From positions 34,100,001 through 34,164,000 of the forward strand of contig OX597830.1 of NCBI GenBank assembly GCA_951406725.2: a stretch of 64,000 nucleotides of DNA, given 5' to 3'. The first letter of the stretch is position 1; each line of letters begins with the position of its first letter. The stretch comes from Octopus vulgaris. Its lineage: Eukaryota. This document shows positions 27,533 to 40,704 of the stretch, one piece after another. The notes under the pieces are model-generated. The model was not told where the DNA came from, ran no database searches, and worked only from the letters and a program-made list of their open reading frames with translations. Both the position numbers and the translations under genes were made by a program.

Positions 27533-27777
27533 GTAGGTATGTATATACTAATGTTTATTAACCTATAGTAAAATAGAAAAGTATAGAAGAACTAAATACT
27601 CATGTAGATTGAATATATGAATTAATATAGTATAAATATTTTAGTTAATAGCTTCTTGCTCAATATTTTTACCAATAAATGTTTATTGAATGGTACACTA
27701 GTTCTCTTTATATTGACATTTTTAATACGGTAGGATTGTTCCATTGTTATAAATGATGACATAAATAAAACTAAATG

Positions 27778-27822
27778 TATTATCTGAAGAGCCTTTATTG
27801 GAGAAACTGTACGGTAATGGAC
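27778..27822 (+). ncRNA. Minimal hammerhead motif
   Basis: CTGAAGA(27784-90)-GCC tttatt GGA-GAAAC-TGTACG-GTA; near-palindromic stem III; weak stem I. Confidence 0.5.
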
Positions 27823-28490
27823 AATTAAGTAACCTGTTTATACAGAATTAATAAACAGAGTTATACATGTATGTATGTGCATACACATAGGTGTGTGTAT
27901 CTCTGTTTATATATGCTTGTTTGCATATATATATATATATATGTAGTTAATTAATATGGATAAATAAATATATACATATAGCTAATTAATATGTATAAAT
28001 AAATAAATATATGTGTACATGTGTGTGTGAGTGCATACATCAACATATACACGCACACAACCACGTGTACAAATCTATGCAAATGTATATGTATAAAGGT
28101 ATAAGTGTGTGTCTATATGTAAATATATACATATATATGTATATATGTATTCATATATGCATACACCATATACATACATGCTCATGTGCACACACACAGA
28201 TATTCTCAAGAAAAATAAAAGAAACAAACACAAACAATATATGTCCATGCTAACAATAAATAATTGAAATATACAAATGTATATTATGATACAAAATGAG
28301 AAAAAAAAGTATATATTGTTGTATCTTGCTAGAAAACAATATTCCCAATAACAAAAACAACATTTACTAGAGAAACAATATATTTGAAAACATCTCAAAA
28401 TAGAAGATATAAATATACTGCATTTATCATAGATGTATGTGCTGATGTTCTTTCATACACATGCATCTAATTAATTATGAACATAATGCA

Positions 28491-28536
<46 letters not shown>

Positions 28537-28670
28537 GTGTATGTATATATATATGTATATATACATAAATATATATATATATATGTGTATATATATACAT
28601 AAATATATATGTGTGTGTATATATATACATAAATATACATATATATATGTGTGTGTGTGTGTGTATATAC

Positions 28671-28703
<33 letters not shown>

Positions 28704-28809
28704 TTTATGTATATATGCATATATTTATATATGTATGTATATATGTGTATATATATACATAAATATATATACATATATATATGTGTGTGTGTATATATAT
28801 ATACATAAA

Positions 28810-28851
<42 letters not shown>

Positions 28852-29317
28852 TATATATATATAAATGTATATATAAATCTATATATACAAATATGCATGC
28901 ATATATATATACATGCATATATACATATGTATATGCATATACATATAAACACACACACATATATATATATCAGTGTGTGTATATATATATGTATATGTTT
29001 GTGCATCTATATGTATATGTGTTTTCATTAATGCATCTTTATGAATACAGGCAAGCTTCCACATCTCCATTCCTCTCCCATCTATGTATGTTTGTGTATG
29101 CATTTATATATGTGTTTGTGTTTTTGTGCATGTGCATATGTATATACATACATATTGTGTGTGTGTGTGGGGAGGTAATATATATATATGTATGTAAGTA
29201 TGTATGTGTGTATGTATACACTTATATATAATACATACATAGGGAGAGAAAGATGAAGTAAAATGAAAGCATGTAAGTATGTATGTGCAGGTATATACGT
29301 TTGTGTGTGTATGTGAG

Positions 29318-29354
<37 letters not shown>

Positions 29355-30135
29355 GTACACACACTCATTTATTCATCTGCATACAAACACACAGAAAACA
29401 AAAGAAACCTAAATGAATGAATAGTAAAAGCATAAACAAAAAAAATTGTGAAAGAAAAAACTGGGAAAAAAAAGTGTCCAAAAAACAAACAGCTACGTGT
29501 GTATGCGTGAGTACTTTGTATATATTTATATTACTTTGCACTCATTAAAATAATATCCATCTCTTCTTCATACATCATAACAAATATTAAGTGAAAGAAG
29601 TGAAGCTAGAAGGATCTGAATCGGAACCCTCCACCACCCCTATCACCACCACCACCACCACCACCACTACTATCTCCACCAATACATATACATAGATAAA
29701 TCTTTTTTCATCAATCACCATTTTTACTTTATCTATTTTTTTTTGTGTTTTTTATTGTTTTGTTTTCTGATAAAAATCTTTTATGAAAATAGAAAATCAA
29801 AAACAAACACCGCCACCATCACCACCATACCATCACCAATACCACCACCACTGCTACCGCCTGTTGCTACAATGTAGAAAATGAAAGTAGATTATTATAT
29901 GAAGCTTCTTTTTTTTTTTTACCATGTAAGTAATTTCATTTAGCTAAGTGTAAATTCTCAGACTGATGTCTCATTGTACTCACGACTATTTTCAGTTCTT
30001 TTCTTGGACAAGACTCTTTACTCATCTTGACAAATCAAAATTATGCTGCTGTAATTGTCATTTTTTCATTTTTTTTCCTTTTGCCATTTTTTTTTTACTA
30101 CATTCTAACTTGTTACTAGAATTGGACTACTACGA

Positions 30136-30362
30136 CTTCTTCTTTTTCTTCTTCCTCTCCTTCTTCTTCTTCTTCTTCTTCTTCTCCTTCTTCTTCTTCT
30201 TCTTCTTCTTCTTCTTCTTCTTCTTCTTCTTCTTCTTCTTCTTCTTCTTCTTCTTCTTCTTCTTCTTCTTCTTCTTCTTCTTCTTCTTCTTCTTCTTCTT
30301 CTTCTTCTTCTTCTTCTTCTTCTTCTTCTTCTTCTTCTTCTTCTTCTTCTTCTTCTTCTTCT
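30136..30362. repeat. Long (CTT)n polypyrimidine microsatellite
   Basis: About 70 near-perfect CTT units. Confidence 0.97.
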
Positions 30363-30602
30363 CCCCCTCTTCCTACATTAGATCAACAGGCAAAATTCCC
30401 CTGTGGTGCTTGTTCCAGTTCTTTGCATCCTAAATTAAAATCTCACTGAGTTAAATTTTAGCTGTTGCCATACTGGGATCCTATAAAAAAAAAAAGATAA
30501 GACACAAATCAATTACAGATGTCAATTGAATTAAACAACACCCGCTTCCCATAAATTTGTAAATTTGTAGCTATTTCAAAAAAAACCAACATTATTATAT
30601 CA

Positions 30603-30804
30603 GTTAGCTGGCAGAACCATTAATGTGCCAGGCAAAATACTTAGTGGTGTTTTGTCAATTTTCACATTCTGAGTTCAAATTCCTCCAGCATCAACTTACC
30701 CTTTCATCCTTCTGGTAAAATAAGAACCATTTGAGCATTGAATCAATGTAATTAATTAGGTCCATCCCACAAAATTTCAGGCATTATGCCTTTGGTAGAA
30801 AGGA

Positions 30805-30805
<1 letters not shown>
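30603..30805 (+). mobile_element. SINE family A, diverged
   Basis: AGCTGGCAGAACC..TTCTGAGTTCAAATTC..CTTTCATCCTT..AAAATTTCAGGC. Confidence 0.8.
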
Positions 30806-31278
<473 letters not shown>

Positions 31279-31474
31279 AAGGCAGTGCTTTGAAGCAAAA
31301 TGCTTATTGATATTTCTTCTGCATCTTTACTGTCTTAGCTCAAATTCTGCCAAGATTGACTTTGCCTTTCATTCTTTCGGATCAATGTATTAAGTACCAG
31401 TTGAGCACTGGTGACTAACCTCTTCCCACTGGATGCCCTTTCTAATGCCAACCACTTTACTGACTGTTGTCATT

Positions 31475-31776
31475 GATTGTTCCTTCTCGAGCCATGCCTG
31501 GCTCGTAAGGGCCAGTTTCCCAGTTTCCTTGGGGTATAGGTTCTCCTCCTGGATGGGATACTGATCCATCGCAGGTGAGCTTCTAGGTGTAGGAGGAAAG
31601 AGTGAGAGAAAATTGTGGTGAAAGAGTCAGCGGAAGTTCGCCATTACCTTCTGCTGGTACCACATGGAGCTTAGGTGTTTCATTCATAAATACACACATC
31701 ACCTGGTCTGAGATTCGAACTCATGATCCTTCAACCATGAGTCCGTTGCTTTAATCATTAGGCCATGTGCCTTCAC
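31475..31776 (-). mobile_element. SINE family C inserted into a family D fragment
   Basis: TTCCTTCTCGAGCCATGCCTGGCTC..GAGATTCGAAC..GGCCATGTGCCTTCAC; TSD-like TTACTGA on both sides; family D motifs at 31430-60 and 31780-860. Confidence 0.85.
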
Positions 31777-31865
31777 TTACTGAATGTACTGGGCGCTTCT
31801 TACACGGCACCAGCACTTTATACATGGAGCTAGCACTGGTGTTTTTATGAGGCACCATCACTGAC

Positions 31866-32230
<365 letters not shown>

Positions 32231-32632
32231 TATCTTTTCATATATACCTAAACATGTTATGTTTTCTCATTTGCAAGATCTTAACACTTTCATGTTGGTC
32301 ATTCATCAGCTGTTGCAGTCATCTCTATTATATAGATTATATAAGTAGATAAAAACCATTCTATTTATAAATCCCAATGTCAGCAAGTTGAGTTAACCAT
32401 CAAGTGATGGGGAGTTGAAACGGCGGAGAGTAATATGGAGTACATAAAAAAAAGAGGAGGAAACAGAAAAGTGCTTTAGACCAGACTAGTTTCAAATGAT
32501 GTCTTTTTTTTTTATATTTATTGTTGTCATTTTTTTTGTTTTTTGCTTTGTCTTATTGATGGCGTTTTATCTATATTTTTGATATTTTGACTCTTGCTAA
32601 TGTATGTCTTTGTTTTATATTCGTGTCATATG

Positions 32633-32678
<46 letters not shown>

Positions 32679-33061
32679 CGATAATTTTATCATTTTATTA
32701 TTCTTATCATTATTATATTTGTAGTCCTAGTATTATTTTCTTATTTATAGTAGTAGTAGTGGTGGTAGTGGTGGTGGTGGTGGTGGTGGTGGTGGTGTTT
32801 GTAGTAGTAGTAGTAGTAGTAGTAGTAGTGTTATTTCATGCAATAGACAGAATATTCCATCAGTTGTTGTTGATGTTGTTGTTGGATATGAAAAACGTGA
32901 AAAACAAAAACCATTTTTATTTTCTGCATCTACTTCACAATCACTCTTGCCATTGTTTCCTCTCTCTCCCCGCCCCCAACCACCCCCAACACACCTTGCC
33001 ATCCTCATCTTTCTCTCTAGCCTCATCACCAGCTTCATATTTTTTAGTCATAACCAACATT

Positions 33062-33095
<34 letters not shown>

Positions 33096-33917
33096 GCATT
33101 GTCATCATGACTGTTATTGCCATCATCATCACCACCACCACCACCGCTGCCGCTGCCAACACTGCCACCAACCACCATCATCATTGTCGTCGTCATCATC
33201 ATCATCATCATCATCATCATTTAAAATGGGTGAAAAATCTTGTCACAAACGATCGTATATAATCAGAATAACTTTCCAAAAGCAACTTGGTAATGTCTGT
33301 TCTATAAATGGTTTTCAGAAACAAAAATAAACAAAAAAAAAATCAAGAACAACCATACGAATAAAAAAAATGCATGCACACACACACACACAAACACACA
33401 CAAAAACACACACAAACACACACACAGATACACGCACCATCACACATACGCATACAGGATATATAGATATAAAAGAAATAGGAAAATGGAATATTACAGG
33501 TTTCAACTTTGCTTGTCTGCTGTAGTAACAATGATAATGTTGTGATGGTGATGATGCTTGGTTGCTGGCAAGGATAACTAAGCACAAACATACACACACT
33601 CATATAGACACAGACATAGAGATACACACACACACACACACACACACATACACCCGCATACACACACAGAGAGATACATACATATATATATTTACACACA
33701 TATATATATGTATATATATATATATATAGAGATAGATAGATATATATACGTATGTATGTGTGTAGATATATTCACACACACAAATCCATATATATATATG
33801 TGTGTGTGTGTGTTTATGTATATCTATATCTATCTATCTATCTATCTATCTATATATATATATATATATACACACATACACCACATACACACACATAGAG
33901 ATACATACATATATACA

Positions 33918-33973
<56 letters not shown>

Positions 33974-34052
33974 TATGTATGTATGTAGATATATTCACAC
34001 ACACACACACACACACTGAAGTACTCACATGTACAGATACACACACAAATCC

Positions 34053-34096
<44 letters not shown>

Positions 34097-34109
34097 ATGT
34101 ATATGTATA

Positions 34110-34150
<41 letters not shown>

Positions 34151-34514
34151 TCTATATTACGGATTTGCACTTACCTTCTTGTCTATAGTACTGATAATGA
34201 TGATAATGACAATGAAGATGATGACAGGTGGTGGCGATGATGATAATGATGATGATGAAGACAATGCTACTGCTGTTGCTGCTGCTGCTGCTGCTGGTGA
34301 TGATGTTGCCGACAATGATTATGACTAGTTCATTCTATGAAGATATTCCATTTATATTCTGATGATGTTGGAGCTGACATCAACAGGCTGTGACTATCTT
34401 GTCAAAAGCCATTATCATCGCCACCACTACAACCCTTCCACACCTCCAAACAACCATCACAAACACCACCACCAATACTATCATAAACGCTGCTACTACT
34501 ACTAATACTAGCAC

Positions 34515-34567
<53 letters not shown>

Positions 34568-34710
34568 GTAATAGTAGTATCAATAATATCTGTGATCTTA
34601 ATGATAATGTTGATTTCTAGCGTTAGCACAAGGCCTAAAATTTGAATACTAACAATGATAATAAGATGATAATGACATCAATGGTGATGACAATAATAAT
34701 AATGAAAATA

Positions 34711-34756
<46 letters not shown>

Positions 34757-34937
34757 AATAATGATGATGATGATGATGATTGTTGGGATGATTTCTTTTA
34801 AAATGACACAGCAATAATAATTGTTATTTAAACAGACTTGATGATGATGATGATGATGATGATGATGAGAGTAATAATCACCACCATCATAATACTGATC
34901 TTCAATAATAATAATGATAATAATAATAATAATAAAT

Positions 34938-34990
<53 letters not shown>

Positions 34991-35458
34991 TAATAATATT
35001 GAAAATGATGAAATGGTGATAATAATCATTGTTACTGTAATGACCTTGATGATGTTGATGATGATGATGATGAAAATAATGAAAATAATATAATCACTAC
35101 TGTTATGACCGTCACCATAATCGTAACCACCATCATAGTTATTATCATTGTGCAGGTTTTAAGTTGTTTCAGATTTCACTACTCATAAATTTTCTGATAG
35201 TGTTCTTCACACCAGGATAATGGTTCCAATATCTCCCCTTGCAGAAAGATAATTCCGAAGTGAGAATCAGCACATCAAACAATCATCTCCTAATCTTGGT
35301 GGATTATACATATATGTACATATATAAATATGTATGTATGTACGTATGTAAATATATTTATATACATATATACTTATATGTGTGTGTGTGTGTGTATGTA
35401 CATATGTGTGCATAAATAAATAAATATATAAATATATTTTGTATACAATATAAATGTG

Positions 35459-35840
35459 TCATCATCATCATCATCATCGTTTAGCGTCCGCTTTCCATGC
35501 TGGCATGGGTTGGACGGTGCAACTGGGTTCTGGGAAGCCAGAACGCTGCACCAGGCCCAGTCTGATCTGGCAATGTTTCTACGGCTGGATGCCCTTCCTA
35601 ACGCCAACCACTCCATGAGTGTAGTGGGTGCTCTTTACATGCCACCCGCACAGGTGCCAGACGAGGCTGGCAAACGGCCACGGTCAGATGGTTCTTTTTA
35701 CGTGTCACCGGCACAGAGGCGAGGCTGGCAATGGCCACAATCGGATGGTGCTTTTTACGTGCCACCGGCACGGTAGCCAGTCAGGGCATCGCTGGCATGG
35801 CCACATTTGGATGGTTCTCTTATGTTCCACCGGCACTGGT
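35459..35840 (-). mobile_element. Family D element (RTE 3' UTR)
   Basis: (CAT)n CGTTTAGCGTCCGCTTTCCATGC..GGATGCCCTTCCTAACGCCAACC; close to the reverse complement of 1268-1595. Confidence 0.9.
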
Positions 35841-35949
35841 AGTACACACACACATGTGTGTGTATATGTATGTGTGTGTGTTTATATATATGTGTGTGTG
35901 TGTATCAAATATGTATTATATACATAATATAAACGACAATATATGTATC

Positions 35950-36570
35950 CTTTACATGCTTCAGTCACTGGATTGCAGCCATGCTGGGGCACCATCTTGA
36001 AGAAGTTTTAGTCAAATGAATTGAACCCAGTTCTTTGTTATTTTAAGCCTGATATTTATTCTATTGACCACCTTCGCTGGATTGCTACAGGGACCTAATC
36101 AATAGAAGCTGTCAGGTGGTGGTGGGTGACGACCACAGACACAGACAAACCCTCATATATATATATGGCGAGCTGGCAGACACGTTAGCGCGCCGGGTGA
36201 AATGCTTAGCGGTATTTCGTCTGTCGTTACGTTCTGAGTTCAAATTCCGCCGAGGTCAACTTTGCCTTTCATCCTTTCGGGGTCGATAAATAAAGCACCA
36301 GTTTCGCACTGGGGGTGATATAATCGACTCAATCCCTTCGTCTGTCCTTGTTTGTCCCCTCTATGTTTAGCCCCTTCAGGGCAGTAAAGATATATATATA
36401 TATATATACTATGAGCTTCTTTCAGTTTCTGGCTACCAAATCTACTAATGTAGCTGCAGTTGGGCTGAAGCTATAGTAAAAGACATTCACCCAAGGTGCC
36501 ACACAGTGGGTTTGAACCTGGAACGATGTAGCTGGAAAGTAAGCTTTTTACCACAGTCATGCCTGTACTG
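35950..36570 (-). mobile_element. Old SINE family B copy split by a family A insertion in its internal (TA)n
   Basis: Tail 35950-36150 (CAGCCATGCTGGGGCACC), head 36410-36570 (CCAAGGTGCCACACAGTGGG..TTACCACAGTC). Confidence 0.75.
36166..36392 (+). mobile_element. SINE family A, near-consensus (CpG-rich, young)
   Basis: GGCGAGCTGGCAGACACGTTAGCGCGCCGGG..GAGTTCAAATTCCGCCGAGGTCAACTTTGCCTTTCATCCTTTCGGGGTCGATAAA. Confidence 0.92.
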
Positions 36571-36607
36571 GTATGTACATAGATGTAATATCTTTTATAT
36601 ATGTCCA

Positions 36608-37023
36608 TGAGTGGCTGTGTGGTAAGTAGCTTGCTTACGAACCACATGGTTCCAGGTTCAGTCCCACTGCGTGACACCTTGGGCAAGTGTCATCTACTAT
36701 AGCCTCAGGCTGAAAGCCTTGTGAATGGATTTAGTAAATGGAAACTGAAAGAAGCCCTTCGTATATATGTATATATATATATGTATGAGTGTGTATACGT
36801 TTGAGTGTCTGCGTTTGTCCCCCCCCCCCCAACATCACTTGACAACCGATGCTGGTGTGTTTATGTCCCTGTAACTTAGCGGTTTGGCAAAAGAGACTGA
36901 TAGAGTTAGTACTAGGCTCACAAAGAATAAGTCCTTGGGTCGATTTGCTTGATTAAAGGCGGTGCTCCAGCATGGCCACAGTAAAATGACTGAAACAAGT
37001 AAAAGAGTAAAAGAGAGAAAGAG
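36608..37023 (+). mobile_element. SINE family B, full length
   Basis: GAGTGGCTGTGTGGTAAG..GGTTCAGTCCC..GACACCTTGGGCAAGT..(GTAAAAGA)n tail. Confidence 0.92.
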
Positions 37024-37166
37024 TATATCCCTTTATTGACCAAACTACCAGATGTTGATATACACTGCTAGTCACACGGCACTTTCATCATCATCATCAG
37101 CAGCAGCATTGTCATGACCACAACCACCACCGCACACACTACCACCAACCACCATCATCATCGTCG

Positions 37167-37224
<58 letters not shown>

Positions 37225-37242
37225 TTAAAATGGGTGAAAAAT

Positions 37243-37418
37243 CTTTATTGTCCACAAGGGGCTAAACAAAAAATGTACAAACAAGGACAGATAAAAGGAT
37301 TAATTTGTTTACATCAACCCCATTGCATAACTGGTACTTATTTAATTGACCCCGAAAGGATGAGAAGCAAAGTCGACCTCAGCATGTAACGGCAATGATT
37401 CTGCCAGCGCACTGCCAT
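37243..37418 (-). mobile_element. SINE family A, internally deleted
   Basis: CCACAAGGGGCTAAACA..CTGGTACTTATTT..GCAAAGTCGACCTC..ATTCTGCCAGC. Confidence 0.8.
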
Positions 37419-37617
37419 TTTGAATAAGCAGGCAGAACAATATTACAACAGGAATGAGATGGCCAATTCATCACAGAGTTAACCATTTACAACTGAATGA
37501 ATACAAGCAACTTGAAATGAGATGTTTTGATCAAGAGTACAATGCACTGGAGATCATAACCATGAGGTTTTGATCATGAGTGCAACACCCTAACCACTAT
37601 GCATGTTCCTTATTTAA

Positions 37618-37838
37618 CCCTTTTGTTACTATATTTATTTTGAGATGGTCAAAATTTCTTTCAATTATTTTAAATATAACAAAGAATTCAGTAAAATAAC
37701 TTAGTTATCATTAAGCTAGTGTTAGGAACATAAATTGTGACTAAGGTTTGGTGGTAAATTTTAATGAAAAACTAATGAAAACAAGACATTTATACTACAG
37801 AGCCAGAGCCGGTTTTGGCCAGGTTGGTAACAAAAGGG
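37618..37838. mobile_element. piggyBac-type MITE, 221 bp
   Basis: TTAA|CCCTTTTGTTAC ... GTAACAAAAGGG|TTAA; perfect 12-bp TIR. Confidence 0.9.
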
Positions 37839-37998
37839 TTAAGACCAGCCGACCAGAACTGTTTTCAGAGTCTTACCCTTCCTCAGTACTGGATACTTAC
37901 CTGCTAGAGATGGCAGTCATTCATCATCTCTACTTGCAATATATAAACAAATAAGCAACAATCAGCCACTAATCTTGCAAGAAGCAAAGTAGCAAGTA

Positions 37999-38692
37999 TC
38001 CATAATCTATAATAATAAATGGCAAGTTTGTGTGTTTGTGAATTTGCTACTTTAACTCCTCCAAGACTATCCAACAGACCTTGATGAAACTTGACACGTG
38101 TGTGTGTGTGTGTGTGGGGGGCTTATGCCCATGCAGTCACTTACACACTTGGAATTATAAAAAAAAAATCAATTTCTAATTAGCATCGATTTTTCAAAAG
38201 TCCTAAAATTTCGGTATTTTTTGCACTAGCATCAATTTGATGAAATGTGCCGAAATTTGATGAAAAATATTTCATGGGTATAAACAGACAGCTTATTAAT
38301 AGTCATCTATTTAGTATTTGTTAATTCTTCATTTCAATGCGAATTGTTTTGTTTTGCTAAAACTTATTTCAATTCATTGTTTTAATTCCACAGCATTTCA
38401 GGTGGTGATTAGTTAAGGGCATTTTATTTTTCAAGCAAAATTTAGGCATTTTATGCACTAGCCATCATGACATCAATTTGACAAAATCTGCCCCAAAGCG
38501 TAAAATTTTGCCATTTTACACACATGCACAAAAATGATGCTATCAGACTCTGCTGATTTTTTCATCAAATTGGTCCTATTGATTAATATAGGTTTTAAAT
38601 TTTGTAAAAATGTCAAAATTTGAGGAAAAATGCTTCATGGCTATAAACAGATATCTTATTAATGGTAATTTATTACAGGGTATCTCAGCTAG
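37999..38692 (+). mobile_element. Probable non-autonomous Helitron
   Basis: Inserted at A|T, starts TC (TCCATAATCTATAATAATAAATG), ends CTAG; absent from the duplicate copy; internal ~55-bp repeat at ~38252 / ~38616; 3' hairpin not evident. Confidence 0.55.
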
Positions 38693-38698
38693 TTGAAG

Positions 38699-38969
38699 CT
38701 TGTTCCTTCTTGAGCCATGCCTGGCTCACAAGGGCTGGTTTCCTGGTTTCCAGGTTCCCTGCCTGGATGGGATGCTGGTCCATCACAGGTGAGCTGCAAG
38801 ATGCAGGAGGAAAGAGGAAGAGAAAGAGTCAGCAGGAGTTTGCCATTACTTTCTGATGGAACCGCGTGGAGCTTAGGTGTTTCACTCATAAACACACACA
38901 TCACCCAGTCTGAGATTCGAACCCACGATCGCGAGTCCACTGCTCTAACCACTAAGCTATGTGCTTCCA
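38699..38969 (-). mobile_element. SINE family C with 13-bp TSD
   Basis: TSD CAGCTAGTTGAAG at 38686-98 / 38968-80. Confidence 0.9.
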
Positions 38970-39372
38970 GCTAGTTGAAGTACTATGTGCCAAATAAACA
39001 ACTATATTTTGCTTTGGTTTATAGTATAATTAGTTCAAAATAGTAATGTTTGTTGCCATTACAATGTGGCTGTTCCATATTGTTACTACATTTTAACACC
39101 AGGAGAACATCTTTTCCAGCTAGTTAATGACACACAACCTGTGTCGGATATATTGTAAGTAAGGGAGCAAACCCCCGCCTCCAGTGGGACAGGATCAGTT
39201 GACCAGAACTGCTTTCAGAGTCTTACCCTTCCTCAGTACTGGATACTTACCTGCTAGAGATGGCTGTCATTCTTCCCTACTCGCAATATATAAACAAATA
39301 AGTGACAATCAGCTGCTGATCTTGCAACAAGTAAAGTAGCAAGTTCTAAAGTCTCTATAAGTGATGCAAATA

Positions 39373-39655
39373 ATCTTCTTCTTCTTCTTAATCCTTTTTG
39401 CCCCTTGTGGAGCATAGCACCGGTTTCCCAGTTTCCTTGGCATATAGGTTCCCCACCTGGATGGGACGCCAGTCCGTCAAAGGTGAGCTGCAAATTACAG
39501 GAGGAAAGAGTGAGAGAAAGTTGTGGTGAAAGAATCAGCTGTGTGGAGCCTAGGTGTTTCACTCATAAACACATACATCGTCTGGTCTGAGATTCGAACC
39601 CGCAATCCCTCAACTGCGAATCCACTACTCTAACCACTAGGCCATGTGCCTCCAC
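39373..39655 (-). mobile_element. SINE family C variant (different tail, internal deletion) with TSD
   Basis: TSD GATGCAAATA at 39363-72 / 39656-65. Confidence 0.88.
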
Positions 39656-40643
39656 GATGCAAATAGTAACGATACTGAAAAGTAATGTTTGTTGTCACTT
39701 CAGCATGGCTGTTCCATACAGAACTATGTTACTACATTTTCACCCTGGGAAAACATCTTTTCCAGCTGATTGATGACACACAACCTGTGTTTAAAATGTA
39801 GTGTCTAAAATGTTGCTTCAAAATATTTAATATTACATATGGATCAATTAAAATTAAGCTAATCACATATCAAAATAAAATTTTATAATTAGAATAGAAA
39901 CTGGTACTTTAAAATAGCCACAGATACATAGATACATATTTGTGTATTTCAATTGGTTCTGTATTAAACTCTTGTAGACTATACAATGGATATCTACAGC
40001 TGAAGGTTAACATGAATTATGATACTTGAGTCATATATAATTAAAAATATGCAGGAAATGGTATTAGCATTGCTACACCTCAATATACATATGTCTTAGT
40101 AATTCAGTAGTGCATTTCCTATCTATTTTATCAAAAAATATTTTTCCAAAATACCAAGGAAATGTGCTGCCTGCTTATTGAAATGTATGTAAAAGCAAAT
40201 GTTTATATTGGGAACATAGAAAACGTTATTGATAATTTTACATATATCAAAGCATAAGAATATAGATAACATTTTCTGATTCTGATATACATTCATTCAC
40301 ATGTGGGGGCACACACACATACACACACACCTCGTAAGTCAGTGATGCATGTGTGCCTACCAAGGCAAACACATGTCCACAGTCTGCTTGTTGTCTTTAG
40401 ATAATAACTCTCATTTTTACTGACATGTCAATTTCAGAAAAAAAATTCTTGATTCTTGTGATTATATCATCTCAATTGGAATTAATCTTACGTGTTACCA
40501 AATGATTATTCTACCTTCCTTGGAAGCTGATTAATTTCTGAGATTTAATAATGCTTGCAGACAGTTTTTTGAAATCAGTGACAGAAGTCACTAGAAAAAC
40601 TCTTATATATTTGCATACAGGCTTTCCCTTTCATCGTGATCCG

Positions 40644-40704
40644 GTGATTACCGCCCGTTGATAAGAGGCAACAACCTCGAAACTGTCAGTCCGGTGCGTA
40701 TCAC
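40644..40704 (+). ncRNA. Type I hammerhead ribozyme, U3:A8 variant, apparently intact
   Basis: Stem I GTGAT..CGC-CCG / CGG-T-GCG..ATCAC; core TTGATAA 40658-64; stem II GAGG-caacaa-CCTC; GAAA 40679-82; stem III ACTG-t-CAGT; GUC cleavage site after 40691. Confidence 0.75.

Larger units (their letters stand above)
37845..39790. repeat. Tandem duplication of a non-coding unit (copy 1 ~37850-39145, copy 2 ~39200-39790)
   Basis: GACCAGAACTG..TCTTACCCTTCCTCAGTACTGGATACTTACCTGCTAGAGATGG at 37851 and 39201; AGTAATGTTTGTTG..GACACACAACCTGTGT at ~39042-145 and ~39681-790. Confidence 0.9.

Noticed and set aside
32594-33330. Longest ORF (222 aa) and poly-His/Ser ORFs
   Set aside because: Concatenated trinucleotide microsatellites
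37893-37960. U1 snRNA gene (ATACTTACCTG)
   Set aside because: Similarity stops after 11 nt; no U1 stem-loops or Sm site
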